Assembly: GCA_050248855.1 (NCBI GenBank)
Contig: JBFWRP010000005.1
Span: 8,389 to 72,388, forward strand
Source of the DNA: Planctomycetota bacterium
Lineage (GTDB): Bacteria > Planctomycetota > PLA2 > JAEUHO01
Direction of reading: 5' to 3'
Length of the DNA stretch: 64,000 bases
Shown piece by piece: positions 18,669 through 27,957 of this stretch. Made by a program: the position numbers and the translations under genes. Numbering within the stretch: position 1 is the stretch's first letter; every line of letters starts with the position of its first letter. The notes beneath the pieces were generated by a model. That model was not told where the DNA came from. It searched no databases and worked only from the letters and a program-made list of their open reading frames with translations.

Positions 18669-19742
18669 TTACCCCGACACGAGGCTCCGCACCTCTTGGA
18701 GCACCCGCTCCACGGGGATCTTCGCGAGGCACGGATGGCCGGGCACGGGGCACTCGCGCAGGAAGCACGGACTGCACGGCTCGGGGTCGTGGACCAGCCG
18801 GAGCTCGCCGGGGCCGAGCGGCGCACTGACGATCGGGTCGGTTGCGCCGAACAGCGCGACGACCGGTGTCCCCACCGCCGTCGCGCAGTGCATGGGTCCC
18901 GTGTCGTTCGTCACGAGCAGGTCCGCACTGGCGAGCAGCCCCAGGAGCACGCCCAGGTCCGCCGTGCGCCCGACGCCGCGCAGCAGGTCGGGCGCACGGG
19001 CCGCCACCTGCGCCTCGATCGCCGCTGCCGCCGGCGTGCCCACCGTCACCACGTCGATCCCGCGCTCGCCGAGCCGCCGCGCCAGCTCCGCGAACGAAGC
19101 GACGGGCCAGCACTTGGCCGGCCCGTAGCTGGCCCCGGCCTCGATGGCCACGAGCGGTCGCTCGCTGCGCCGACCGAGCGCAAGCAACAGGCGCCGCGCA
19201 CGCTCGCGCTCGCCCTGGCTCACGGCGAGCGGCGGCGGCTCGGCTTCGGGAACCTCCACGCCGAACGGCGCCGCAAGCGCGGCGAAGAACCGGCTGCGGT
19301 GGGCGCTACGGAGCGGCTGCCAGCCACGCACCCCGTGCGTCAAGAGCGGCCCCTTGCCGCGCGCGCCGAAGCCCACGCGCACCGGGATGCGCGCCAAGAA
19401 GGGCGCCAGCGCCGCACGATGCCCCCGCGGAAAGACCACCGCCGCGTCGAACGCGCCGTCCCGAAGCACGCGCCGGCTGGCGAGCAGGTCCCGCGGCGTG
19501 CGGTCGCGGCCGGTTGGGAGCACGTCGTGGACGCCGGGGAGCCGCGCGGCGAGCGGCAGGAACGGCTGCGGCGCCTGCGCCACGAACGTGGCGTCGGGCA
19601 GCGAGGCCGTGATGGCCGCCACGGCGGGCCGCGCCATGACGACATCGCCAAGCCACGAGGGCAAGCGCAGCAAGACGCGCTGCAAGCCGGGCGAAACAGG
19701 GGGAGCGGACGTCGTCGCCGGGACGACGTCGGTCGGGCTCAC
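18669..19742 (-). CDS. Glycosyltransferase family 9 (heptosyltransferase-like), second copy in window
   Basis: GTG at 19742 in a GTGA overlap with the upstream stop. LQRVLLRLPSWLGDVVMARP N-terminus. C-terminal NDTGPMHCATAVGTPVVALFG GT9 signature. Confidence 0.8.
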   Translation of the reverse strand: MSPTDVVPATTSAPPVSPGLQRVLLRLPSWLGDVVMARPAVAAITASLPDATFVAQAPQPFLPLAARLPGVHDVLPTGRDRTPRDLLASRRVLRDGAFDAAVVFPRGHRAALAPFLARIPVRVGFGARGKGPLLTHGVRGWQPLRSAHRSRFFAALAAPFGVEVPEAEPPPLAVSQGERERARRLLLALGRRSERPLVAIEAGASYGPAKCWPVASFAELARRLGERGIDVVTVGTPAAAAIEAQVAARAPDLLRGVGRTADLGVLLGLLASADLLVTNDTGPMHCATAVGTPVVALFGATDPIVSAPLGPGELRLVHDPEPCSPCFLRECPVPGHPCLAKIPVERVLQEVRSLVSG

Positions 19743-19972
19743 GCGCCGTCCGTCGCCCCGTCCACGGCGCCATCGCCGGGCTGCTCGGGAGCGGCGGCCG
19801 GAGTGTCCTTCTTCATGCGCGCCGTGGACATCTGCGCGTCGACCAGGTACTTGCCGAGGTAGATCACGAACGACAGGCCCAGCAAGGCGACGGCCAGGAG
19901 GTACCAACGGGGGACCGGCGCGACGCCCTCGGTGATGCCTGAGTCGGAGTGGTAGACGGGGCCGTCGCTCAT
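19739..19972 (-). CDS. Small membrane protein (77 aa) in the cbb3 maturation sub-operon
   Basis: One predicted TM (WYLLAVALLGLSFVIYLGKYL). ATGA overlap with ccoS and GTGA overlap with the downstream gene support that it is real. Confidence 0.45.
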   Translation of the reverse strand: MSDGPVYHSDSGITEGVAPVPRWYLLAVALLGLSFVIYLGKYLVDAQMSTARMKKDTPAAAPEQPGDGAVDGATDGA

Positions 19973-20196
19973 CGTGCTGCGCGCTCCCGTGCAAGCCGTG
20001 CCTCGTGGGCAGCGAGGTCAGCCGCACTGATGGTGTCTTGCGCGTCCTGCTCGAGCAGGTCGCGGGCCGCCCGCTCGACGTCGTCGTACTGCCCGGACTT
20101 GATGCTCCAGGTGAAGACGAGCCAAGCGCCGAGGCCCATCACGAGGCAGACCGCGAAGATCCACCAGATGACGGACATGGCGAGGACGGGCGTCAT
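19969..20196 (-). CDS. ccoS: cbb3 oxidase maturation protein CcoS/FixS
   Basis: 75 aa. One TM. W...K.GQ.DD motif (WSIKSGQYDD) typical of CcoS. Lies immediately downstream of ccoI. Confidence 0.7.
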   Translation of the reverse strand: MTPVLAMSVIWWIFAVCLVMGLGAWLVFTWSIKSGQYDDVERAARDLLEQDAQDTISAADLAAHEARLARERAAR

Positions 20197-20205
20197 GGCG
20201 GCAGT

Positions 20206-22338
20206 CTACGCCGAGGGGGCCGTGGAGGGGGTCGCCGGGCGCACCGCCGCAGGCCCGGGAGGGCGTCGCAGGAGCGCCTCGAGCCGGGCCCGGAGCGCCA
20301 CCGTCGAACCGATCACGGCCAGGCTGCTGACGATCATGGCCAGGGCGGCCAAGAGCGGTGGCAGCCCCACCACCACGGCCACGCCGATGGCGACCACGTT
20401 GTAGAGGAACGCCTGGAACAGGTTCCACGCCACGGCCCGGCGCGTGGCCCGCGCCGCGACGAGGAGCGCCGGGATCCGGGTGAGGTCCGAGCCGAGCAGG
20501 CTCACGTCGGCCGTCTCGCGGGCGAGGTCCGTGCCCGAGCCCACGGCGACACCCAGGTCGGCCGCGGCCAGGGCCGGGGCGTCGTTGAGGCCGTCGCCGA
20601 CGAACGCGACGGGGCGGGCACCCTCGAGCAGGGCCTCGACCTTGGCGTCGGGCAACAGCCCGCCGCGCCCGACGAGGCCGGGGACGCCCAAGCGCCGGAC
20701 GAGGTCGTCAACGGCGATCGGGGCGTCGCCGCTGGCAATCTCCACGCCCACGCCGCCGGCCACGAGCTGCCGCAGGGCGCCCGCCGCTTCCGGGCGCGCC
20801 TCGTCACCCAGCACGATCGCGCCCACGACGCGGCCATCGGCCTCGACCCCCACGACGCCGGGTGTGTCCGCCTCGGGCACCGGTCCCGCGAGCCACGCCG
20901 GCGCCCCGACGCGCACCGCCCGCTCGGCGCCGCCCTCGAGCACGGTGGCCTCCACGCCGCGCCCCGGGACGACACGCGAGGCGCGAGCGAGCGCCGGTGC
21001 GTCGGTCGCGGCGCGGATGCCCCGGGCGAGCGGGTGCTCGCTGCCGCTCTCGGCCGCAGCGGCCAGGGCGAGCACACGCCGGGCGGACTCCCCGTGCGCC
21101 GACACCACGCGCACGACGCGTGGCGTGCCGACGGTCAAGGTGCCGGTCTTGTCGAACACGACGCGGCGCACGCGCGGCAGCGCGCCAAGCGCTTCGCCCG
21201 TGCGCACGAGAACGCCGCGCTCGGCCAGGGCGCCGAGCGCCGTCGTCACCGCGAGGGGCGTGGCGATGCCCAGGGCGCAGGGACAGCTGACCACGAGCAC
21301 GGACAGTGCGTGGAGCAGCCCATCGGCCAGGGGGCGGCCTACCGCGAGATCGTGGGCCAGCACGCCGCCCGCGAGCAGCAGCACGAGCGGCACGAACACG
21401 GCGCTGATGCGGTCGGCGAGGCGCTCGAGCGGTGCGCGGCGCATGCGCGCCGCGGCCAGCACGTCGGCGATGCGCCCAAGCAAGGTCTCGGCGCCCACGG
21501 CCTCCACGGCCACGACGAGGGCGCCGTCGCGGGGCACGGTCGGCGCACGGACCAGGTCCCCGGGCCCCACGGCTCGCGGAAGCGGCTCGCCGGTGAGCGC
21601 GGCTTCATCCACGAACGCGCGCCCTCCGACGACACGGCCGTCGGCGGGCACGCGCTCGCCCGGCAGCACGCGCACGTGGTCCCCCGCGGCCAGCTGGTCG
21701 GCCGCGACGTGCTCGTCGTCCTCCGGCGGTGCGTCGGCCCGAGGCAGACGCCGCGCCGGTCGCTCGGCCGCGGAGAGGAACGCGGAGAGCGATCGCGTGG
21801 CGCGACGCTTGGCGGAGGCCTCCATCCAGCGCCCGACGGTCATCAACGTGGCCAGCGCCGCCACGGTGTCGAACCAGAGCGGCTCGGTCCGGCCCTCCAA
21901 CACGGTCCACCACGACGCCGCGTAGCCGGCGAGCAGCGCGATGCCCACGAGGAGGTCGGCCCCGATCCGCGCGCGGGAGAGCCCGGAGGCCGCCGACAGC
22001 AGGATCGGCAGACCGAGGCCAAGGAGCACGGGCAGGCAGAGCAGGCCCTGGACCCACGGCGCAACGCGCGCGTAGGTGGGATCGTCCGCGGCACTCGGGT
22101 CCAGGTACTGGATCCACTGCACCAGCATGACGGCCATCGTGAACACGAAGCCCAGACCGATGCGCGCGAGGAGCGCCGCCGAGACGCCTCCCCCACCGCG
22201 GTGGCTCGGTCCTGCGAAGCGCCACGCGATGGAGCAGCCCAGGCAGCAGAACGCGTGAGGCGCGCCGGCCACCTTGCGCTCGACGCGACCGGCGCCCAAC
22301 GGCAGCCCGCAGTGGTCGCAGCCGTGTACGGCGCTCAC
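20206..22338 (-). CDS. ccoI: Copper-translocating P1B-type ATPase CcoI/FixI
   Basis: GTG at 22338 (GTGA overlap). N-terminal CDHCG. CPC motif SCPCALG. DKTGTLT phosphorylation site. GDGLNDAPAL hinge. The ORF extension to 23004 is rejected. Confidence 0.85.
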   Translation of the reverse strand: MSAVHGCDHCGLPLGAGRVERKVAGAPHAFCCLGCSIAWRFAGPSHRGGGGVSAALLARIGLGFVFTMAVMLVQWIQYLDPSAADDPTYARVAPWVQGLLCLPVLLGLGLPILLSAASGLSRARIGADLLVGIALLAGYAASWWTVLEGRTEPLWFDTVAALATLMTVGRWMEASAKRRATRSLSAFLSAAERPARRLPRADAPPEDDEHVAADQLAAGDHVRVLPGERVPADGRVVGGRAFVDEAALTGEPLPRAVGPGDLVRAPTVPRDGALVVAVEAVGAETLLGRIADVLAAARMRRAPLERLADRISAVFVPLVLLLAGGVLAHDLAVGRPLADGLLHALSVLVVSCPCALGIATPLAVTTALGALAERGVLVRTGEALGALPRVRRVVFDKTGTLTVGTPRVVRVVSAHGESARRVLALAAAAESGSEHPLARGIRAATDAPALARASRVVPGRGVEATVLEGGAERAVRVGAPAWLAGPVPEADTPGVVGVEADGRVVGAIVLGDEARPEAAGALRQLVAGGVGVEIASGDAPIAVDDLVRRLGVPGLVGRGGLLPDAKVEALLEGARPVAFVGDGLNDAPALAAADLGVAVGSGTDLARETADVSLLGSDLTRIPALLVAARATRRAVAWNLFQAFLYNVVAIGVAVVVGLPPLLAALAMIVSSLAVIGSTVALRARLEALLRRPPGPAAVRPATPSTAPSA

Positions 22339-23057
22339 GACGGCCGCTCCGGAGCGGTCGGGTGCACGTGGCCGGGCGCGTGGTGCTCGTGCCCCCCGGG
22401 GCCGTGCAGCAGCTCGGGGAAGACGCCGCGCACGACCGTGACGAGTCCGAGCACGATCACGACGATCCCGGCCGCGCGCACGGCGCGCGCCCGTCCACGC
22501 GGGCCCAACGTGGCGCCCATCAACACGACGAGCGCCAACGCCGGCACGGTGCCCAGCGCGAGCGTCGCCATGACCCCCATCGCCGGCAGGGTGCGTCCCG
22601 TGGAGAGCGCCTCCATGAGGAAGGCGTAGACCAGGGGACACGGCAAGAAGCCCGTGAGCAGGCCCAGCGCGATCGGCGCGGTGGGTCCGCGCAGGTTGAC
22701 CACGGCCTTGACGGCGCGGTCGTACAGCGACCCCGGCCCGAAGAGCCCGCCCAAGGGCAGCTCCTTGAGCCAGCCGGCGATCTGCAGGCCCGCCAGCACC
22801 ATGAGCGCGCCGGCCAGCGCCGACAGGAGCGCCTGCGCGGCGGCAAACCAGGCGGCCTTCAGCCAGAGGCCCCCGAGCGTGCCCACGAGCGCGCCCAGGA
22901 ACACGTACGTGCCCGCTTTGCCGACGTGGAACAGGCCCTGCCAGGCGATGCGTCGCCACGGCACGGCGCCCGGCCGGTCCAGCGCCAGCACGAAGCCGCC
23001 GCACATGCCGACGCAGTGCAGCGAGCCGGCGATGGCGGTGACGAGGAGGACGAGCAT
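22335..23057 (-). CDS. DsbD_2-family (cytochrome c biogenesis transmembrane region-like) membrane protein
   Basis: 240 aa, polytopic. SLHCVGMCGGF motif. C-terminal His-rich tail HGPGGHEHHAPGHVH suggests metal binding. Confidence 0.65.
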   Translation of the reverse strand: MLVLLVTAIAGSLHCVGMCGGFVLALDRPGAVPWRRIAWQGLFHVGKAGTYVFLGALVGTLGGLWLKAAWFAAAQALLSALAGALMVLAGLQIAGWLKELPLGGLFGPGSLYDRAVKAVVNLRGPTAPIALGLLTGFLPCPLVYAFLMEALSTGRTLPAMGVMATLALGTVPALALVVLMGATLGPRGRARAVRAAGIVVIVLGLVTVVRGVFPELLHGPGGHEHHAPGHVHPTAPERPS

Positions 23058-23098
23058 GGCCCCTCCTCCTCCGGGCTCACGAGGTGGCGGCTACCGGA

Positions 23099-25165
23099 CT
23101 ACTCGTCTTCGGAGTAGCTGACCGGCCAGACGGCCTTGTCGCCGTACATCAGGCGGTAGACGTACCAGACCAGGGCCCAGTCGTCGCCGAAGGTGCCACG
23201 GCGGCCGAAGATCACCGTCCGCTTGAGCGACGTGAGGTACTCGCCGACCGATCCGTCCTTCTCCTCGCGCTCGACGCCGGGGAGATCTTCGCCGAGCACG
23301 CTGAAGAGCTTGACGCGAGCCGTCTGCTTGGCGGCCGCGACGGCCTCGGCCGAACCGCCCTCCTTCTCCAGACGCTCCAACGCGTCGGCCGCCTTCCAGC
23401 CGGTCTCGAAGTCGACCTGCGACGACGGCATGCCCGTGCCATCCAGGCCGGTGAACACCGTGCGGTAGATGTCCCGCGGCGTGGCGCCTCCGCGCATGCG
23501 CAGCTCGGGCTGGTCGTGCTCGGAGCGCTTGGCGAAGTCGCGCGGGCGGACCAGGCCGCCGTTGTCCTTGGTGGTGCCGTTCCAGCCCGGCCCGTCGCCG
23601 CGACCCGTGGTGCCGTGGCAGTTGTTGCACTTCATGGCCACGTAGACGGCCTTGCCGCGGGCGAACAGCTCGTCGGCCTCCTCGATGGCCATCGGAGGCA
23701 TCGGGGGGATCGCCAAGCGCAGGCTCTCGTCGTTGAACGGCTTGGCCCCGCCGTCGACGCTCTCCTGGAAGTGCTTGATGTAGTCCACGAGCAGCCAGAG
23801 GTGCTCCTCGGGCAGGTCGCGCCACGGCGGCATGGACGTGCCGGGAAGCCCCTGCCACAGCGAGCGGAACAGGTCGCCGTCCAGCGGCAGGTTGCCGACC
23901 TGCGTGCTGCGGTAGCGGTACTTGGCGATCGTGAAGTCACGCGGGCGCACCGGGAGGAACTGGGCCCCGGGGCCGTTGCCACGCCCCTCCTCCCCATGGC
24001 ATCCCACGCAGTAGCGGTCGTAGAGCTGCTTGCCGCGCGTGAGGCGGTCGTCCCACGTAGGGTTCAGCTTGCGCCAAGCGGCCATCCGCGCCGCGTACTC
24101 CTCCACGAGGAAGCGCGTGTCCTCGCGCTCCGCGGCCGTCTGCTGGTCGGCGGCCACGCCGTAGACGCGCGCCTCCCGCGGCCGCAGCGGCATGCGGCCG
24201 TCGTCCAGGGGCGTCGCGATGCCCGCCTCGCGCTTGGGCTGGCCGTTCTCGTCGAGCACCGGCTTGCCCTCGTCGTCGAACGCCTGGAACGAGCCGAACG
24301 CGAACTCGTCGAACCCCCACATCGGCGGGGCGTGCGTGCGGATCGGCGTGTCCATGCTGATCGGCTTGCGCCAAGGACCGATGGCCGTGCCGAGGCGCTG
24401 CATGTACGTGATCAGGTTGTCGAGGTCCTTGGTGTTGCGCGGGCGGGCGTCGTAGTCGGTGACGAGACCGTCCGGCGTGTCCGCTTCGGTGTAGCGGTCC
24501 ACATAGGCCTTGAGCTCGGCCTCGCTCTCGCCCTGCTTTCCCTCGGGCGCGAGCACGCCGCCCGCGTCGATGTCGGGCGACTTCAACATCTCCTTGAGGC
24601 TTTCGGGCCACAGGCTTGCCTTGTCGAACTTGGGCGAGACGATCCCGTCCCCATCCGTGTCGAGCTGCCGCAGGAGGTCGTGGATGGCATCGGCCTTGGC
24701 GTAGGGCCGGAAAAGCCACGGGAAGCTCGGCATGACCGACTGCGGCACGGTGTAGCGCGGGTCGTAGAAGTGGGCGACGTGCCAGTCGTCGACCCGGCGC
24801 AGCCCCTCGCGGGCGAGGTCCGGGCCGATGCGGCGCGTGCCGAACAAATGCGGGCGGTCGACCATGGACTCGCCCGCCTGGCTCACGGGCCCCCAGCGCA
24901 GGTTCTCGTCGTTGACGGGTCGGACGAACTGGCTGTGGCAGTGCCAGCAGATCTGCTTGGCGTAGACGTCGCGCCCAGCGGCCTCCTCCTCGGTGTACTC
25001 GGGCACCCGGACGCGCTCGCCCGACGTGACCTCGATCACGTAGGGCTCCTCCGCATCGGTCACCCAAGCGGGTGCCATCACGATGAGCAAGAAGGCGAAG
25101 AAGTAGCAGACGACGCCGGCCAGCAAGGCGACGCCACCCCACCGCTCGTAGAACTTGATCGACAT
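23099..25165 (-). CDS. Fused cbb3 oxidase subunit II (CcoO, monohaem) and subunit III-like dihaem cytochrome c (CcoP)
   Basis: N-terminal TM plus CWHCHS as in CcoO. Two further CxxCH motifs in the C-terminal half (CVGCHG, CNNCHG). 688 aa, immediately downstream of ccoN. Confidence 0.75.
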   Translation of the reverse strand: MSIKFYERWGGVALLAGVVCYFFAFLLIVMAPAWVTDAEEPYVIEVTSGERVRVPEYTEEEAAGRDVYAKQICWHCHSQFVRPVNDENLRWGPVSQAGESMVDRPHLFGTRRIGPDLAREGLRRVDDWHVAHFYDPRYTVPQSVMPSFPWLFRPYAKADAIHDLLRQLDTDGDGIVSPKFDKASLWPESLKEMLKSPDIDAGGVLAPEGKQGESEAELKAYVDRYTEADTPDGLVTDYDARPRNTKDLDNLITYMQRLGTAIGPWRKPISMDTPIRTHAPPMWGFDEFAFGSFQAFDDEGKPVLDENGQPKREAGIATPLDDGRMPLRPREARVYGVAADQQTAAEREDTRFLVEEYAARMAAWRKLNPTWDDRLTRGKQLYDRYCVGCHGEEGRGNGPGAQFLPVRPRDFTIAKYRYRSTQVGNLPLDGDLFRSLWQGLPGTSMPPWRDLPEEHLWLLVDYIKHFQESVDGGAKPFNDESLRLAIPPMPPMAIEEADELFARGKAVYVAMKCNNCHGTTGRGDGPGWNGTTKDNGGLVRPRDFAKRSEHDQPELRMRGGATPRDIYRTVFTGLDGTGMPSSQVDFETGWKAADALERLEKEGGSAEAVAAAKQTARVKLFSVLGEDLPGVEREEKDGSVGEYLTSLKRTVIFGRRGTFGDDWALVWYVYRLMYGDKAVWPVSYSEDE

Positions 25166-25186
25166 GGGGACCCCCTTCGCTGCCTG

Positions 25187-26647
25187 TCAGCTGGCCACCG
25201 CGGCGACGGCCACGCGCGCGCCCGCACCTTCGTGCGTGACGTCCTCGTGGCTGTCGAGCGGCACCCGGCGCCCGTGGATCAGGGTCATGACGACGTTGTA
25301 GAAGAACAGGGCCAAGCCCACGTCCATCAGCGTGCCGCCGAACGTGCGAGCCACCCACAGCGGGCGGATCGCCGTCACCGTGTCGATGAACATGTTGCTG
25401 CCGCTCTGCTGCATCTCGCCCTGGACGAAGCCGCTGATCGAGAGCACGCAGAACATGAGGCCAAAGCCCACGATCTGCAGCCAGTAGTGCCACCACGCCA
25501 GCCGCTTGCTCCAGAGCGCGCGGCCGGTGATGCGCGTGACGCAGAAGTACGTCGCCGCCATCATCCAGGTGGCGAATGCGCCGTAGACCGCGCTGTGCGC
25601 GTGGCCGACGTTGTAGTCGCCGAAGTGCGTGAGCGCCTGCATGTCGCGGAAGGCCTCGGTCGGCCCCTGGATGCAGGTGATCAGGTACCAGAGCGCCGCG
25701 AGCATCGTGAGCTTGACGACGTAGTTGTCGCTGGACATCAGCTTCCAGCGCCCGCGCATGGTGCCCCACATGTTGGCCGTGAACGCGAGCACGGGGACGA
25801 GCAGCATGAGCGAAGCGCCGATCGCGATGGTCTGGGCCCAGTCGGCAATCGGGCTGTAGATGTAGTGGTGCACGCCGTTCAAGGGATAGAAGAACGCGAG
25901 CGCCCAGAACCCGATCAGCGACAGCTTGTGGCTGTACAACGCGTTCTTCGCGGCGACCGGCAGCATGTAGTAGGCCGCCCCCAGGCCCATCGGCGTGATC
26001 CAGAGGCCCACGACGTTGTGCAGGTAGAAGCCATGCATGGCCGCGCTGGTCGCACCGGCAGTCTGGGGCAGCACCAGGAACCCGAGCGGCAGGTTGATGG
26101 CCGTCCAGAGCATCCCGGCCACCCAGTACCAGAGCGAGGCGTAGAGGTGCTGGTGGCGGCGCTGCGCGATGGTGACGAAGAAGGGGATCGTCACGAACAG
26201 GAAGGCAATGGTGTTCGAGATGTCCACGGGCAGCGGGTACTCGCCCGCCTCGACCGGCTGGATGTAGCCCATCAGCAGGCAGGTCTCGCCGATGACGACG
26301 CCGACCTGGAACAGCGCCATGCCCCACCACGCCAAGCGCGGCAGCGCGAGGGGCCGGCCGCACAGCTTGGGCACGGCATAGCACATGAACCCGAAGACGG
26401 CCGTGCTGAAGAGACCGAAGACGACGCCGTTCACGTGGGCGATGCGCAGACGCGCGAACTGCAGCCACTCGACGTTCGCCAGGAAGTACGGGTCGTCCAG
26501 CTTCATCGCGGCGAGCAGGCCCAGCACGGGGCCCACCACCATCCAGAACAGCGTTCCGGTGAACCAAGCCTTCACCAGCTTGCGGTCCACCAAGGGGATC
26601 CCGTGGGGAGTCGGCTCCGCCAGGGCCGCGCTCGCGCTCGCCGTCAT
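25187..26647 (-). CDS. ccoN: cbb3-type cytochrome c oxidase subunit I
   Basis: 486-aa polytopic haem-copper oxidase subunit. Conserved His ligands in the HHYIYSP and NVGHAHS contexts. Confidence 0.9.
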   Translation of the reverse strand: MTASASAALAEPTPHGIPLVDRKLVKAWFTGTLFWMVVGPVLGLLAAMKLDDPYFLANVEWLQFARLRIAHVNGVVFGLFSTAVFGFMCYAVPKLCGRPLALPRLAWWGMALFQVGVVIGETCLLMGYIQPVEAGEYPLPVDISNTIAFLFVTIPFFVTIAQRRHQHLYASLWYWVAGMLWTAINLPLGFLVLPQTAGATSAAMHGFYLHNVVGLWITPMGLGAAYYMLPVAAKNALYSHKLSLIGFWALAFFYPLNGVHHYIYSPIADWAQTIAIGASLMLLVPVLAFTANMWGTMRGRWKLMSSDNYVVKLTMLAALWYLITCIQGPTEAFRDMQALTHFGDYNVGHAHSAVYGAFATWMMAATYFCVTRITGRALWSKRLAWWHYWLQIVGFGLMFCVLSISGFVQGEMQQSGSNMFIDTVTAIRPLWVARTFGGTLMDVGLALFFYNVVMTLIHGRRVPLDSHEDVTHEGAGARVAVAAVAS

Positions 26648-26737
26648 GCTGCTCTCCCTGCCGCCGCCCCCCGGGCGGACGCACCTCGATCCGCTGGGGA
26701 CGGCCGGCCTCCCGAGCCTGCCGCCCCCGAAATCGTC

Positions 26738-27757
26738 CTACTTGCCGGGCGCCGGCGCGGTCAGCTCGACCGTGGCCGCCTTGCCCGCCTCCACCGTGAC
26801 GGTGACGGTCTCTTCCCAGTCCGCCCCGTACTCGTAGCTGGAGATCTTGTTGTCCACGACCACGGGCGTCTCTTCCATGCCCTCGTGCCAGACCTTCACC
26901 GTGTACTCGCCGGGCGGCACGCCTTCGAGGACGAACTTGCCCTTGGCGTCGGTCACGGCGAAGTAGGGGTTGGTCACGGCATGGATGTAGGCGTTCATCC
27001 AGGGATGGATGTCGCACTTGACGATGTACTTGCCTGGCTTCGCCAAGTAGGCCTCGGCCACGATCTGCTGCTTGGTCCCCGCGCCGGAGCCGAAGTTGAA
27101 CACGGTGTTGAGCATCGACTCCAGGTAGCCGTGGATGTTGTGGAGCGCGTTGTCGCTGTTGTCCACGGCCAGCTGCGTCTTCTCGCGCGTGACCATGACG
27201 TGCGGGATGTACTGGCAGGACTTCTGGTCGATCGTCGTCAGACGGTCCTTCGGACGCAGCGCTTCGGGCCAGTCCTTGCCCTTCTCGATGCCCTCGATCA
27301 CGACGACGCAGTTCGCCAGCCCAAGCGTCTCGGGATCGAACACGCAGCGCTCCGACGGATGGCTCTCGTGGCCGCACGCCTCGAGATCCTTGTCGACGAC
27401 GATGGTGCCGATGACGGGCTGGCCGGAGAGCTTGATGGTGCCTTCGATGCGGCCGGCGTTGGCGACGGCAGACTCGTCCACCTCATAGCTGTCCTTCTTG
27501 GAACCGCTGCGACTCCCGCGGCCGCGCGCGGGCGCCGCCACCTGCGGCTCGCTCTTCGGCGCGGGCGCGGGACGGGTGAGGTTGGCCGCGGCGACCTCCA
27601 CGACACCGCCGTCGTCCGCGGTGCGCGGGCGCGGCTTCATGGCACCCGTGCGACGCGCGCCTTCCCCCTGGAGATCCACGTCGGGGTGGCCGCAGGCCGG
27701 GACGAGGGCGAGCAGGGCGCCCAGGGCGAGCGAGGGAACGAGCGAGGCGATGCGCAT
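26738..27757 (-). CDS. Lipoprotein with cupredoxin-like (type-1 copper, amicyanin-type C-x2-H-x2-M) domain plus C-terminal beta-sandwich domain
   Basis: Lipobox LVPACG. ALHNIHGY followed about 45 residues later by KCDIHPWM, which is His...Cys-x2-His-x2-Met spacing as in amicyanin. C-terminal GKFVLEGVPPGEYTVKVWHEG. Calling it a cupredoxin is inference. Confidence 0.55.
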   Translation of the reverse strand: MRIASLVPSLALGALLALVPACGHPDVDLQGEGARRTGAMKPRPRTADDGGVVEVAAANLTRPAPAPKSEPQVAAPARGRGSRSGSKKDSYEVDESAVANAGRIEGTIKLSGQPVIGTIVVDKDLEACGHESHPSERCVFDPETLGLANCVVVIEGIEKGKDWPEALRPKDRLTTIDQKSCQYIPHVMVTREKTQLAVDNSDNALHNIHGYLESMLNTVFNFGSGAGTKQQIVAEAYLAKPGKYIVKCDIHPWMNAYIHAVTNPYFAVTDAKGKFVLEGVPPGEYTVKVWHEGMEETPVVVDNKISSYEYGADWEETVTVTVEAGKAATVELTAPAPGK

Positions 27758-27957
27758 GCGGTTCTCCGGGACGTCCGACCGGAGAGCGAGGGAGACCGGC
27801 CGCCGTCGGGCAGGATTCTAGGGGGCGGCGGCCGACACGCCCGGCAGGAACGGAGCGCTGCCCGGCCGCGGCCCGGGGACCTCGTACGCTCGTTCGAATC
27901 CCGACGGAAGCGATCCGGACTCCGGGGGCGACCGGCGCCTCTGCGAGGGCGACGCGA

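Noticed and set aside
20005-22629. 874-aa + ORF
   Set aside because: It is antisense to ccoI.
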